64,000 bases of DNA from the human T2T-CHM13v2.0 reference genome, Homo sapiens, in NCBI RefSeq assembly GCF_009914755.1, contig NC_060925.1; one strand, written 5' to 3'. The notes beneath the pieces are model-generated. The model did not search any database and had not been told where the DNA came from. It saw only the letters and a program-made list of their open reading frames with translations. Made by a program: the position numbers and the translations under genes. Positions 28,703 through 41,256 of the stretch are shown in pieces. The stretch's first letter is position 1; each line of letters begins with the position of its first letter.

Positions 28703-30503
28703 GGAGCCCTGGGTGATATTTTTGGGGAAACCTGGAGAAGAGAAGGCAAGACGGGGAAATACACAGGAGGGTTTCTTTAACTTCGTTGGAGGAGCTTGAT
28801 TAGCAAGAACTGGGTGGTTTCCCGACCAATGGCCTGAGTTGGCGGACCTCACTGTGGCAGTGTGTTCCCACCACACTCACCACCTGGGTCTGACACTCAG
28901 GGGCTGAGCAAGACCCGGGCATGGTATGGATGCCAAGGGGAGCCAAGAACCAAGAATGGGCCACAGTCCCCATTTTCTGTCCCATCCCCACCCTGGTTTG
29001 GCTTTTCTCTCTTCTCCAAAACAGAGCTAGCTGTCAGGCTGCTCACGAAAGGGGACCCCCAGGACAGGCATCTGCGTTCAAGGGGAAGAAAGAGAGCCAC
29101 CCCTTCTAACCACATCTGGCTCCAGGCCAGGTTGGCCTTCAGGGATGAAGTCACTCCAGCTCCCCCTCTCCCACACACCCAGGTTAAACAATCCCGTCAC
29201 CCCCTCTCAATGGACCTTGGGGCTCTGCGAAATACAAGGGGACCAGCCTGCCTCAAACCCTCAACACCTCTCGGCCGCAGAGGCTGTGTCTTGGGCCAGT
29301 CCCTCCCGTCCCGACTCCAACATGGCTGCTCCTTTTTACCCCAGCTTATCAAGCTGCACATTTCCAGCAGATCCTCCCCTAAATCAGTTATTTTTAAACC
29401 TCATTAAGAGCAACCCGCCCCCTCCACTTCCCCCAGCCCGAAAGCTGGGCCAGATAAATGTCAGTCTGGGCCCCGACCCACAGCGCCAGGCACACACACC
29501 ATCAGCTTGGGGAAGGCAGGCGGGGTGGGGTGGCTGAGTTCTGAGGAGAAACCAAGAGAAGCATCCCTGCCCTTCCCAGAGGCCACTCCACCATAGAAAC
29601 CTCTAACCTCTGATGCACAGGGGAATGGCTGGAAGACAGGTAGGAAGAGGAAGGGGCTAAGAGCTACTACCACCAGTAAGCCCCCTTTCCGCAGCCCAGT
29701 TCCAGACCTCTCTCCTGGGAGTGGCTGTGCTCAGGGCTGTTTCCAGGGACCAAGTGGCCTGAGGCTCGGGGATCACCATGGCACAGGTAAAGAAAGGGCA
29801 GGAGAATGATTAACCTAGACACTGGGGTTAAGAGCAGAGAGAAAGGCCTGAAGCCAGACACTTCCAGTGCCCCCCAACCCCCCAAGGCAGGACAAACTTG
29901 GCCTCCCAGACCCACCACTGGGTGGAAAGTGGATGCTGAGGAACCCCCTCCACCGCCCAACGCTGGGGCCTGGACACAGCTGGCAGGGTCACGGCCTCCA
30001 GCTGCAGTGTATCTGCTCCACTCTGGGGCCATTGCCCTCAAGCTCTGAGGTGCCAGAGCCATAGGGCGGGGTCCTGAGAAGGGGCAGTTCCAACCAGGCC
30101 AGGCCTGGTCAGCAGCTGTTTCTCTTCCCCACCCCCACGGGCAGGCAGAAGCTGATGGGCTGCGGCTGCTGGAGCTGGGAAGGCCCACCCTAGGGACACC
30201 CAGGGGACCTGCCCCTGCCTTCCCTCAAACATAAAGAAAACAGTAAGCAAGTTGCCTACCAGGGTGAGAAGAGATATGCCCAGCTGGAAGACAGGTGTGG
30301 GGGACCCCCAGAGCTGGGGACCCCAAAGGAAGGTGACAGCTGAACAACCTGGGGGATGGACTGGCAGGGAGCAACCTAAACCCTAGCGCTACTGCAGCTG
30401 TGAGAACAACCCTCACCCTCACCCTGGAGTTACAATAGGCGGGAAACGGGGAGGGGCCACGCAAGGCACTCGGCCCCACCCAGACCCTGGGCTGGAAGCT
30501 TAC

Positions 30504-30538
30504 CTCACCAAAGCCAAAGCCAAAGAAAAGGCGGACAT
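30504..30538 (-). CDS. TAGLN2: TAGLN2 alternative first exon coding part (N-terminally extended 220-aa isoform)
   Basis: CCATGTCC...GTG AG|gtaagc; spliced to 27607 it gives [25 protein letters not shown] in frame, matching the recalled isoform 2. Confidence 0.85.
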
Positions 30539-31579
30539 GGGTGGGGGCAGGGAGGACTTCAGGGTTCTTGGCTAGGGTGTTTAATTGGGAAGACAAAGGG
30601 ACTCTCCATCCACCGTGCAGATGGAACACAGGAGAACTTCCCAACTCAGATTTGGGACAGGGAGTGTTCTCAAAGAGCAGCACAGTGAGGGCACCAGCCC
30701 ACAGAGCGAGGTGCCACAGCCAGCAGCAAGGATGGGGGGCGGCCCACAATTAAGGGAACCACCGTAGGGCAGCCCCTCACCACCGAGAGTCAGGAGCAGA
30801 AGAGAAAGCTGAGGCTACACAAACAGGAAGCTCCAAAGCTTGCGTGGGAGGAGGGGATGAGGTGGGGGCCGTTGCCATGGCTTCTGTGTACCAAACAGTG
30901 TTGGAGGCTGGGTGGGGGCTCCGGGCAGAAACACCCTGTCAACACAGACGTTGTGGTGAGCAGGCTGTGAGCACGGGAGCAGAAGTGGGATCGTCTCAGC
31001 AGTGCTCGGGTGTAGCCAGGTGCAAGAGATTATTCCAGGAGACAGCTATAGTGGGGATGGACAGCGTGTGGGGGAAGATAGGAAATGACCCGTGTTGGGG
31101 TGAAGAAGAGGACTCAGGAAGTAGTTGTTCAGGAGAAGAAATCCCCTGGGAAGGGAAAGTGTTCTGAGCTAGAGAACCCACAGCTGAAAATTCTGGAGGG
31201 AGAAGGGATGGAATGAAGAAAGGATTAGGGGCCAATCCCGGGGTGGGGGACAGGGGCAGAGGCCTTGGGGTGAGGGAGGGAGTTGCGGTTGGACAAAACC
31301 TATTTGTTGGTTCTGGAATGGTAGGGCCCTACTGGGCCCGCCCTGCCTTGGCCTCCTCTGCAGTTGTAGGTCTGCCCCTTGTAGTGGGGAGGAGAAACTG
31401 GGAGGGGGCTAGAGATAGAGAGCTATTGCTGTCTGGTGCTTTGAAGTCAATGAGAACACTGGGGGAGCCCCGTCCCAGCCGCAGGTCTTCTACATCGAAT
31501 CCCACACTCCATCCCCACTCTCACCCCGTTTCTCTCTGCCCCACAGATACCAACTGCTCACAGATCTCCCAGGACACCG

Positions 31580-32820
31580 GCTTCAGGTAGCCCCAGGAGG
31601 CACAGGGCGCGGGGGGAGGCGGCAGTCCACCTCCGGTCCTGCAGGTCCGGCCTCCCAGCCGCCGCCCCCCACCCCCACGACCACACCCTGGGCCGTTACA
31701 ACAGATGAGTCACCCACCGCCCTCCCGCCGCTGGGGTGACGCAGTGGTCTGGGCAGCCCGCCCGTCCGCCCGCGGCCACCACCGGCTTTCCCAGCAGCAG
31801 GGGGCACCCGGTGGGGGCAGCGGCGCTCGGGCAGGGTAAAAGCAGCCACCACCACCCCCACAACCTCACACAGGGCACCCCGGGGCGCAGTCAGGGCTGC
31901 AGCACCCAGACCCCCGAGGTCAGGGGACCGTCATAGAGATGACTGGAGCTTCACAGAAGGTCACCGTGCGACCCATGCAGAGCCCCCTAGCCCCAGCCCG
32001 TGACCTCAAGTCCCCAGAATAGCAAGCTAGCAGGAACAGGAATGAAAAGGGCGGCCTCGGGGACTCAGAGGGCACGCAGTGCTCACACGTGCTCCTGGAA
32101 CCAGGAAGTGAAGGGTCGCGCGGGAAAGCCCAGGAGCACGAGCTGGCCCAGGGCCGGCGCCACGACCCGGGGTCACTCGGGGCCAGCCAGCTAAAGTCCG
32201 ACGCCCTTTTTTCCCCTCGCCCCAGTGAGGACTCAGCGATGGAGCCCGCGGGTGGGGCTCAGTCCCTGAGTCCCTGCTCCAGACGGACGCCCTGTCTATG
32301 CATGGGCTAACCTCGCCTGACCTCATCGTCCAACAATGTCGGGTCAGGGCTTGGGGACAGGACCTGACAGCACGGGGCGGGGTAAAGTAGTCACCGGACC
32401 CTTGCCTGGTACCAGCCCTTGATCCCCGAGCTCGCTGGAGCAAGTTCAAAGCGCTGGCTTCTTGCTTTCTACACAGCACGCACATGTCCCCGACCCCCGT
32501 ACCCCCGACCTGCTCACCGTTCAAGCGGGCTGGAGAGCGGCGCACTGACTCAAGGCAAGGGCTGCAGCTGCAAGTGGTGCGCCCTGCCCAGCCGGGGATT
32601 TTCAGGAGGGTCCCGCCTCAGACGGGGCGGACCCGGGGCGGGGCAAGGGCCAAGAAGGTTTAAAGGCGCCGCAGCGCAGAAGGAGGGAGGACTGCTTGAG
32701 ACAGAGGGACAGTAGACCAGAGCAAGGGTTAAAGGTTCGGGGAGTCTGAATCTACAAAGGCGGCTGCAGTGGTCTCCACCCGTGAGTACCTCAGCCTCCA
32801 CCGAGAGCCCGTAAACTTGT
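31580..32820. promoter_or_regulatory. TAGLN2 promoter/intron-1 CpG island with AP-1 (32546-32552, 31706-31712), ETS (32102-32110), E-box (32086-32091) and GC boxes
   Basis: CpG-rich; TGACTCA, TGAGTCA, CAGGAAGTG, CACGTG and GGGGCGG motifs read directly. Confidence 0.75.
32518..32600 (-). other. TAGLN2: TAGLN2 non-coding exon 1 (TSS approximate)
   Basis: ...CCCGCTTGAACG|gtgagc donor at 32517, in a CpG island; joins CTCCCCGCAGCC at 27607. Confidence 0.85.
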
Positions 32821-34123
32821 GCCCCAGTAGGAAACTTTCTGCCTAGAAAGTTAGCTAAACACTGTGGGCGTGTTTATGTAGGAAGAAGCCTCCTAGTTTA
32901 GAGGCTGGCAAGGTAAAAGGAGGCACAGGAAGGCCTTCCCCCGACCCCAACTGACTAGTGTGTGACAGGACTGGGACTTGCAGGCCGGGACAGCACCCCC
33001 ACGTGATCTTGCTCACCTCTTACTTCAAGCCTGGGCAGGGACTAACAGTGAGGTCACTCTGCCCAGGGCCCTAGGGGTGTTTTCGGTGTTGGGACCCAGG
33101 GCTCAGACCTGTCTTCTCCCTGCCTTTCATCTCCTTTTCTATGACCTGGTATCTCTTCCTAAATCCTGGAGGGATCAGAGGGGGAGACCTCAGCGCGAGG
33201 AGGCTGGCTGGGGTTCTTTTGTCTCTGAGGGTGGAGGACAGCACAGTTCAGGGGTGAAGAAAGAGCCCCCCATCCTTTCAGGCTTCAGTTGAATAGAGTC
33301 CCCCGGGGTGGAGTTCTGCACACATGATAGAGTCCTCCCTTGAACCTGAGATTCCAGGATGTCAATATCCAGTCCTGTCCAACCTTTCTATTATTCTCTG
33401 TTCCCTCCCCGAGTCCTACACAGCCCTATATTCCAGTCCCACTGATTGTCAAGCATTCTCACTCTTCTGTGCCTTTACAAAGGCTATTCCTCTGCCTAGG
33501 ACAGTTTCCCTTCCTTGACTGGCTCCCCACCTGCTCTACCCTTTACCTGCTGTGTGACTGTTGTGCATTCTGTGCTTGAGTTCCCTGGTCTATAGAACAG
33601 AGCTAATAGTACTACCTAATTCATAGAATTGTAGAGAACTAAACAGTCCACCTATAGGGCTTAGAGCAGTGCCTGGCACATAGTGAATACTATTATTACC
33701 ACCATCTATCTGTGAGGGTCCTGAGGACTCCCCCCCAATATGTGGCATTTGTCCCAGCACACGATATTAGCGTTCACTAAAGGTGGCCTTGAATGCAACA
33801 TCTTCCTTTGTGCTACAATAACCAACACATAGCTTTATCACGGAACTTATCATACGGTAACTATTTCTTTGTCCGCCTCACTGACTAGAAAGAACTCCTC
33901 AAGGGCAAAGGCGTGCTTCCAGAGCTTTGTATTTTCTCAGTATCTACTTCAGTGGCTGGCCTTTAGTAGCTGGCCTCCGTAAGCACTCAATAAATGTTTC
34001 TTGAATGAATGCTGAATGCACCTCCATTTATTCAAGAAGATTCTCCTCTTCTTTAAGGGTCCAGGGATTTTCCTGGCACTCTCTCAAAGACAGATAACAC
34101 ACAGAAACATCTTTCAAACTTTG

Positions 34124-34129
34124 TTTATT
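34124..34129 (-). terminator. IGSF9 poly(A) signal AATAAA
   Basis: tttatt on + strand ~285 nt after the stop codon. Confidence 0.8.
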
Positions 34130-34145
34130 CACCTGTAAAAAACTT

Positions 34146-34147
34146 CA

Positions 34148-34200
<53 letters not shown>
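34146..34200 (+). repeat. Compound (CA)n(GA)n microsatellite in IGSF9 3'UTR
   Basis: About (CA)10 followed by about (GA)18. Confidence 0.97.
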
Positions 34201-34201
<1 letters not shown>

Positions 34202-34413
34202 CAGACCTAAGATCCCTGTTCCAATCCCCAGACTCACCTAGGGGGTCAGCACATACATTCCATACCAAGGTGACCCAAACCCACTATCAGGGTCTGTGCC
34301 TGGGCACCAAAGGGGCAGGCAGGGGCAGTGCCCTCGTTTGAAACTAGGTCTGTCTGGTTGGGGGCCTCCTTTGCAGGTCCATATGCCTTTTCACAGCCTC
34401 ACATTAGGGATGT

Positions 34414-34595
34414 TCACAGCAGAGTGGCCTGTTCGGGGTGGGGGACTGGCTGTCGATAGGCTGGTAGCCGAGCCCTAGTAGCATCTCGGCGGCGGCGGAA
34501 GGCCAGGAATTCCTCCCGAAGGGCAGCACAGCGGGCCTCAGGGCCAGTAACATGGGCAGTGTTCAGGAGGCAGCCCTCCTCTGGAGTCTTCACAC
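34414..34595 (-). CDS. IGSF9: IGSF9 exon 21 (C-terminus ...PEQATLL*, class I PDZ-binding motif)
   Basis: tgcag|GT GTG AAG; stop TGA at 34414-34416. Confidence 0.95.
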
Positions 34596-34828
34596 CTGCA
34601 AGAGGCGGGCAGGACAATGAGAAGAAGCCCTGAGGTTCACTGAGTGAAGAGCTCAGATGTGAAGCTTGCTAGGCCCTTCCAGTACAGATGGCCCAAGGGG
34701 GCAAGGCACAGTCTAGAGCAGAGGAGCCTGGGAGGCAGGGCCTGACTGGGAATAGATGGGTCCTAAGGTGGCGGGGGGATGTGGGACAGTATGGCCGAGA
34801 TGCCTGCCTTTCCGGGGGGCTCACACAC

Positions 34829-34956
34829 CTAGCTCTGGCTCAGCTTCAGGTCTGAGCCGGGAGCTGGCCAAGCCCAGGTGCAAAGTCTCCAGCAATTCCA
34901 TGTCCCCAGGGAATTCTGAGTCCCACTCATAGTTCTCGTCCACAGATGTGTTCCTC
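34829..34956 (-). CDS. IGSF9: IGSF9 exon 20
   Basis: RRNTSVDENYEWDSEFPGDMELLETLHLGLASSRLRPEAEPELG; poly-T acceptor. Confidence 0.95.
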
Positions 34957-35224
34957 CTGTAAAAAAAAAAAAAGACAAACATATGGTGTGGGTGGAGGAA
35001 TAGAGGCTGTTCAGAAAAGTCTGAATTCAGCGACCGCAAACTCACGTTAGGTCATGGGTTTCCCCTGAAAAATCCCTGGACCTCAGCAAAAGCTTCTAAA
35101 AGGGACAAGTTTTCCCGTTCCCAGGGTGGGAGTGGAGCAGAGAAGGTGCAGGGTATTGGGAGAGGGGTGAGAGGTCTGGGGTGGGACTGAGGCGGAGGCA
35201 GGGATGGGCAGGGACTGCTCTCAC

Positions 35225-36085
35225 CTCTTGCTGACTGTCACCACATGCTCCCTTCGGGGCCATCTCTCAGGGCCACTGGCCCAGCTGCTGGTGTCTCCTG
35301 GAGCAGGGCTGAGGTAGCTGCCTCCTGCAGAGGGGGCTGTGGAGGGGGGCCGCAGGAACGAAGCGCTGCCTCGCCCGCTGCTCTGGCTGGTGAGGCTGCC
35401 TCGAGGGGCAGCAGGGAGAAGGCCTGGCAGCAGCCGCTCCCTCAGTGTCCAGTCAGCCAGGGCTGTGTAAGGGGGCTCTGCAGTGGCCCCAGCCCCTACC
35501 ACAGCCCCAGGAAGTGATTCCCTGGGGGATACAGGAGGGGTTTCTGGAGAACGAAGGAAAGATGAGGTGGGACAGCGCCGGGTATCCATGTAATCTGGGG
35601 GTGCAGCAGGGCTGGGCTCCTCAAGCGGGGGCCAGTCCCCATCCACATTCATCTCTCGGAAGAAGGGCAGGCTCAGGTACTGGAGCAGGGGTCCAGGACC
35701 TGGCAAGGGACTGGGTGGGGCTGCTGGAGGGGGTGCCACAGGGCTGATGTCTTCAATGCAGAGGGGCTGGGGTGCCCCACTGGGGCTGCTGCTGCTACAG
35801 TCAAAGGACCGGGCCAGACGCTGGGCTGGAGTCCGAGGTTCTGCCTGCTCCCGGCCTGACCTTTCCTGGGGGGCCGCCACAGTGGGCCCCATCACAAAGC
35901 GCCCGTCTGGGCCCCGGCAAATGGGCTCCAGAGGTAAGGGTCCCCGGCTAGATGGAGGATCCGGGTGGGGGCTGGGAGTTCCGGCAGGATCCCCCCAGAG
36001 CAGACTCTGGCGCAGGCTGGGGACTGGGGATCCCTGGAGCTTCAGCTTCGCCACGCTGTCAGGACTGCCTGAGCCCAGAGCAGAG
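35225..36085 (-). CDS. IGSF9: IGSF9 exon 19 (861 nt, Pro/Ser-rich cytoplasmic tail)
   Basis: SALGSGSPDSVAKLKLQ...EHVVTVSK; phase 2/2. Confidence 0.95.
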
Positions 36086-36417
36086 CTGGGGAAGGACAGG
36101 AGATCAGGGTCTGTGGTAGGGGCAGGTCCCCCTCCCAGGAGCCAGCGTCAGGCCTTGAGAGGTTTGGTGAACAACAGAGCAGAGCTAGGGAGAACAAGCG
36201 AGGAAAGGACCAACAAGGTGGAGGGGTGGAGGGAAGGCACAGGCCATACTGGAACGGCCTCAGGCTGGGGCCACTGCACACCCCTTCTTACCCTCTCCCA
36301 CTTTTGTTCCTCCCCAACACCCAACATCCCCCTGGTAAAGATGCAAAAAAGGAAGCAGAAGATACTGGCACGTACAATGGAAAGGCAGAAGAAAGCCAAG
36401 GAGGTGGAGGCACTTAC

Positions 36418-36460
36418 GGTGCAGCTGACTTCCCGGTCGGAGAGAAGATAAGAGGTGGAT
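36418..36460 (-). CDS. IGSF9: IGSF9 exon 18 (43 nt)
   Basis: DPPLIFSPTGKSAAP; ag/gtaag boundaries. Confidence 0.92.
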
Positions 36461-36704
36461 CTGGAAGGGCATGAGAATAGTAGGTGACACAGGCAAAAAT
36501 CAAGGCCCTCTAGGCGGAGACTCTCTCACCCAACACCAGGCGCCCAACCCCATCCGGCTGGGAAAAGCGTAGGCAGGACCAGATGCAGGACTAAGAGAAT
36601 GCACCTGGATCACACAGGAGCGAGGGCTTTTCCCCCAGGTAGGAGGGGCTTAAGGAGGCTAGGCCCAAGTGCGCAGTAGCAGGGCTGAGGGTGGAGGGAC
36701 TTAC

Positions 36705-36881
36705 CTTGGCGGAGGCGCTTGCGGCGGCGGCGGGCAGCCCTGCGCCGGTTCAGGAGGCAGCCGGCCAGGATGCTCACAAGGACGGCCACTCCCAGAAAGC
36801 AGACTCCGCCCACCACGCCGGCCAGCACGGGCTGAGGCAGGAGGCCCGGCAGCTGCGTGCGCGAAGGGTAGACCTCCAGAC
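36705..36881 (-). CDS. IGSF9: IGSF9 exon 17 (transmembrane helix + basic stop-transfer)
   Basis: GLEVYPSRTQLPGLLPQPVLAGVVGGVCFLGVAVLVSILAGCLLNRRRAARRRRKRLRQ. Confidence 0.96.
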
Positions 36882-36957
36882 CTAGGCAGGGGTCCACGAG
36901 GGAGGGTCAGTGGACTCGGAGCAGCCCTGGGGCTCCTCCCTCACGCCAGGTGCTCAC

Positions 36958-37042
36958 CGGAAGTGGAGACGTTGGCCGTGTTGCTGGGGTCGCTGACGAA
37001 GCTGCCCGCGAAGGCCACGAGGCGGAACTCGTAGAGAACATC
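36958..37042 (-). CDS. IGSF9: IGSF9 exon 16 (FN3-2 end)
   Basis: DVLYEFRLVAFAGSFVSDPSNTANVSTS. Confidence 0.94.
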
Positions 37043-37255
37043 CTGCGATGGGGATGGGGTACCAGGAGGGAGGTCAGGGCCCAGCACCGCCCAACCCAGC
37101 GGGGCGCGGAAAGACCGTGCACGTGGGACGGAAGGGTGAGGTAGGACGCAGAGGTGAAGAGCTCAAATCAAGATGAGAAGATAGAGTTTGGGGAATGGAG
37201 AAGGACGCAGGAGAGCCCCTAGGAGGCCTCTCTCTGTATCGCCTTTCGCACATAC

Positions 37256-37506
37256 CTTGATGAGGCCTGGCACCAGCAGCTCTGTTTCTGTGCCTGCCAC
37301 AGCCGGGTCCAGCACCTCCCAGCCCTGGGAGCCTTGCCGGCCTTCCAAGACGTAGCCATCCAGTCTCTTAGGGACCAGCTCTGGGGGATCCCAATGCAGG
37401 AGTACCCCCCGGGGTGTCCTCACTGCCACCAGACCCCGCGGAGGGGACAGGGGAGGCGGTATCTCTGTTGGGGGAAGCCCGGGTGCAGCTGGCGTGGTAG
37501 GAAGCC
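37256..37506 (-). CDS. IGSF9: IGSF9 exon 15 (FN3-2)
   Basis: GLPTTPAAPG...LLHWDPPEL...ELLVPGLIK. Confidence 0.95.
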
Positions 37507-37758
37507 CTGCGTGGGACAGAAAGGCAGGTCAGAGCAAGGATTCCCAGCGCCCCTCCCCTGGCCTTCCACAACTCCCAGTGCCCAACTCTTCTCCCAGAAC
37601 CCCTGAAGACAAGCTCAAATCATCTTCCACACACCCCTCTGGACCCCAAGCTGGCCAGCACCTCTGCCCCTTCCCACCCAGGGCCTCCCATATCCCAGCT
37701 CTCCCAGCAGCCCTTCCCCATCCTTGTCTCTGCTGTTCTGGGACGAGAAGCTTCTCAC

Positions 37759-37934
37759 CTTCCGGAGCAGACAAGACGATTTCGCTGAAGGGACCACTCC
37801 CCAGCTTGTTCTGAGCTAGCACGCTGAACTGGTACTGGGTGTGGGGCTGCAGCCCTGGCACTAGGAGGTGAGCAGCCCCCACAGGCACTGCCAAGGACAC
37901 CCAGTCATGGTGCATTCGGTCAGGACGCTTGGCC
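37759..37934 (-). CDS. IGSF9: IGSF9 exon 14 (FN3-1)
   Basis: AKRPDRMHHDWVSL...YQFSVLAQNKLGSGPFSEIVLSAPE. Confidence 0.95.
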
Positions 37935-38204
37935 CTGGGAGACATGAGGACATGGGGGGCACCTCGTGAGCTAGGAAGACCAGAAGATCTGGGGTCCAGA
38001 GATCTAACCACCTCCCCTCTGCTCAACCATCCAAGGTCTCAGGACCTTGGCCCTGAATGCCTCAGAATCTGGAAACAGGGAAGCAGAGCCAGGACTGGTG
38101 AGGGATAGAGGGACAGAAGAAAGGGCAGAAGGCCAGATAGGTTCAAGGAGGAGAGGAAAGGAGGCAAGATTGGCACAGAGAAATGGCAGGAGCAGGTCAC
38201 TCAC

Positions 38205-38328
38205 AGTGGGGTGTACCAGACACTGAATCTCTGCAGATAACCACCATCAAAGCCAGGCTCCCAGGAGACATTGGCACCCTTGGGCAAAGCCACCACGGAC
38301 ACATTGGTGACAACATGAGGGCTAGTGC
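38205..38328 (-). CDS. IGSF9: IGSF9 exon 13 (FN3-1)
   Basis: GTSPHVVTNVSVVALPKGANVSWEPGFDGGYLQRFSVWYTPL. Confidence 0.95.
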
Positions 38329-38519
38329 CTAGGCAGGGGGGAATGGAGGGATGGTGGTCAGGGCCTGAGGGAGTGTACAGAGTAGCAGGGGCCCCAGGGC
38401 CACTGACCTTCACCCATCATCATCCCAGGGGTCCCACACCCATGATCCTCTTTCTGGGCCTCCAAAAACGATTCCCAAGTAGTTTCTCCCAGCCCCTGGC
38501 CCTCTCTCCAGCCACTAAC

Positions 38520-38670
38520 CCAGCACGTAGACGTTCGTGGAGGTGGCCACTCGGGCCACAGCATTGCTGGCACTGCATTCCCAGTGCCCGTGGGCCTCCT
38601 TGGTCAATGGTCGCAGGATGAGGCTGCTGTTGCTGTCCACCTGGGCCTGGCCTTGCAGCCCCCGGCCCAC
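38520..38670 (-). CDS. IGSF9: IGSF9 exon 12 (Ig5)
   Basis: VGRGLQGQAQVDSNSSLILRPLTKEAHGHWECSASNAVARVATSTNVYVL. Confidence 0.94.
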
Positions 38671-38878
38671 CTACAGAACCACTGGTGAGCCCTGAGGACA
38701 CACGCAGCCACCCCTCACCAAAGGCGCCCCTCATCTCTCCAGGCAGCTCCAGTTCCTCCCCACCCTGCCTCTGACAGCCTTCTCCTTCCCACACCCTCCC
38801 TCCCACAAAATGGCTGGGGCACGAGAGGCAGGGGTGTAGTGGGCGTGGGTACAGGCAGAGCGGGCTCAGGAGCCTTAC

Positions 38879-38995
38879 CTTGGTCCAAGAGACAACAGGA
38901 GGAGGGTCCCCTTGGGCGGAGCAGGGGATGAGCAGCTCCCGCCCTACTTCTTGGAAATATTCTTCCTTGGGCCGCTCTATAAAAGCTGGGGGAGC
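38879..38995 (-). CDS. IGSF9: IGSF9 exon 11 (Ig5)
   Basis: APPAFIERPKEEYFQEVGRELLIPCSAQGDPPPVVSWTK. Confidence 0.95.
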
Positions 38996-39578
38996 CTGCA
39001 AGCCAGATCTGGCATTGGGAGGGGCCCTCTCTTACATCTAAGGCTGGCTACTCCCTCTCTCTGTGCTCCCTGTCATGCCATGTCTCACCTCACTCTCCCT
39101 CACTCCCCCTAGCTAAACACTCACCAAGCCTGTCTCTACCTCATTCTCTCTCCATCTCTCAATTCCTCTCTGGCTCTGTTTCTGTTCCCCAGTGGGTAGG
39201 GGCTGGAGGAAAATGGTGGTGTAGTAAGGGCTGGCAGGCTTAGGCAGGACTCTCAGAGATGTACAAACCTCTGCAGAACATTCTTCCTCCCAGAGCCCCA
39301 GAGAGGGAGGCAGCACGGTCAAGGTTAGTGAGAGTTGGGGCAAACAGGATATCTTACTTCTGGATGTGTGTGACTGATGTCCCACCTCCCGAGCACCACC
39401 TCTGCAGAAACCTCTGGGATGGCATCAGGCAGCTGCTGCCGTGGCCACCATGGGAAACAAACTTGGAAACCCCTCCCCATGTGTCTGCCCCACCCCACCC
39501 CCATCAGCCTGGCCTTAGCACCATCTCCAGCCATCTGACCCACTGTCACCACAGGCCCCCGCCCACCCCCGGCCTAAC

Positions 39579-39719
39579 CTTGAGCAGCACGCGGGTCACA
39601 GGAGAGGGCCCGGCGGTACCAAGACTGTTGTAGGGGGTGCAGGAGTATTCTCCCAGGGCATCCTCGTTCCCCAGGGCGATGATCAGTGAGCCTTCTGTGC
39701 CCTGGGACCAGCCAGGGAA
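39579..39719 (-). CDS. IGSF9: IGSF9 exon 10 (Ig4)
   Basis: FPGWSQGTEGSLIIALGNEDALGEYSCTPYNSLGTAGPSPVTRVLLK. Confidence 0.95.
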
Positions 39720-41256
39720 CTGGAAGGAAGAGAAGATGACAGCTAGAGAGAGGAGCTCAGCAGAGACAAGCCCGGGATGGCAGTACAAGAGAGGGGGCAG
39801 GACGAGAAACCCACAGCTGTGCAGAAGACTCCAGCAGCTCCATGTCTAGGCCTGACCCCTCTCTGATTTCCAGTGCTTCCTTTCCTTCCTGCAGAGGGAC
39901 CCCTCCCAATAGTGTGAGGCTGTGACTGCACAACTCCAGGGGGTGCCACTCACAGAAAATACACTGTGAATGGCCACCCCTGTAGTTGGGCCGCGTGGGG
40001 CTTCCTGCCTGCTGGGACTTCACCTGGCTCTCTTCCCAGCACTCCACAACTAAGTTCAGAGTGTTCCACCCAAAACCAGCTCCTATTTCTCTATTAAAGG
40101 GCCCGCCATCCTTCTTGCTGAAGTCTGCCTCCTCACGTTCCCTCACTCCCCCTGGTGAAATACTCACTAAGCCAGTCATCCTGGGAAGTCCCTTTTGTCA
40201 GAGCATGAGCCCATTCATCTTCATGTCCTCTGTAAATCAGACTCCATAACTCTCACCTGGGCCATTTCAGCAGCTTCAGAACCCCTCTTCCTATGTCCAG
40301 TATCTCCCGCTACATTCCACTGGGCAAGCTCAACCCCTGATCACAGCTCTGATCCTATCACACCAATGCTCAACAAATTCCAGTGGCTCCAACTGCCTGT
40401 AGACTTTTTTCTTAAATATTCAACAAAGATATACTGAGTACTATTGTTGTAGAAGCCCCAGGTACACTATGATGAAAAGATGCAATACTAGGCCTCAAAA
40501 ATTTATAGTCTCTGCAGACAAAAGATCCCAATTGCCTTGGAATGAGGCAATAGTAACTTGGCATCCAGTTCTTCCTTTTGATGCTAACCTGTCTTTCCAG
40601 CTTTCTCTGCACCATTCATGTCCCTGCAGGCACTCCGGCTCCCACCCAATTGGACGATCCATGATTCCATAAACGTACTATACTACTTCCTGCCTCTTGA
40701 CCCTGGTTTCTGCAAGGGAATGACTGTGTCCTCTTTGAGGCCCATCACCAAAGTCCCAGAATCTGTTGCTGGTCTATCCTCAACCACCCTAAGAGGAAGG
40801 CACGAGCTCCATCCCTGGCCTTCCAGACAGTGTTGCTGTCCTCTGCCCAGATGGTGCCCACTTTAAGGATGGATGCCTCCTTGCCCCTGCCCTCAACCCA
40901 CTACCCCACATAGCACCTGGTAAGAAGTGTGTGTTCCCCCGGGACACACAATTTCCCAGTCATCACACGAAAGAAACTTCAGTTCTCCTTCTTGACTCTT
41001 TGCCATCATTTTCCCCAGAGATCATCTCTCTTCTTTCCCCAAAGAAGACACAAAACCACCACTTTAAACCATGGAAATTTTTCCTCAGGGGTTTTAAGTA
41101 GTTTCCTATGCAACATGTCTTATAACACAAATTAAATTCACAAAAGATGTGTGTCCCCAGTCACTGAACTGAATTAAACCGAGCTAACTCCACCCTGCTG
41201 TCCTGAGCAGAATAACGCCAAGCTAAGACCCTCCTTCCCCTGCCCCAAGCCTGTAC

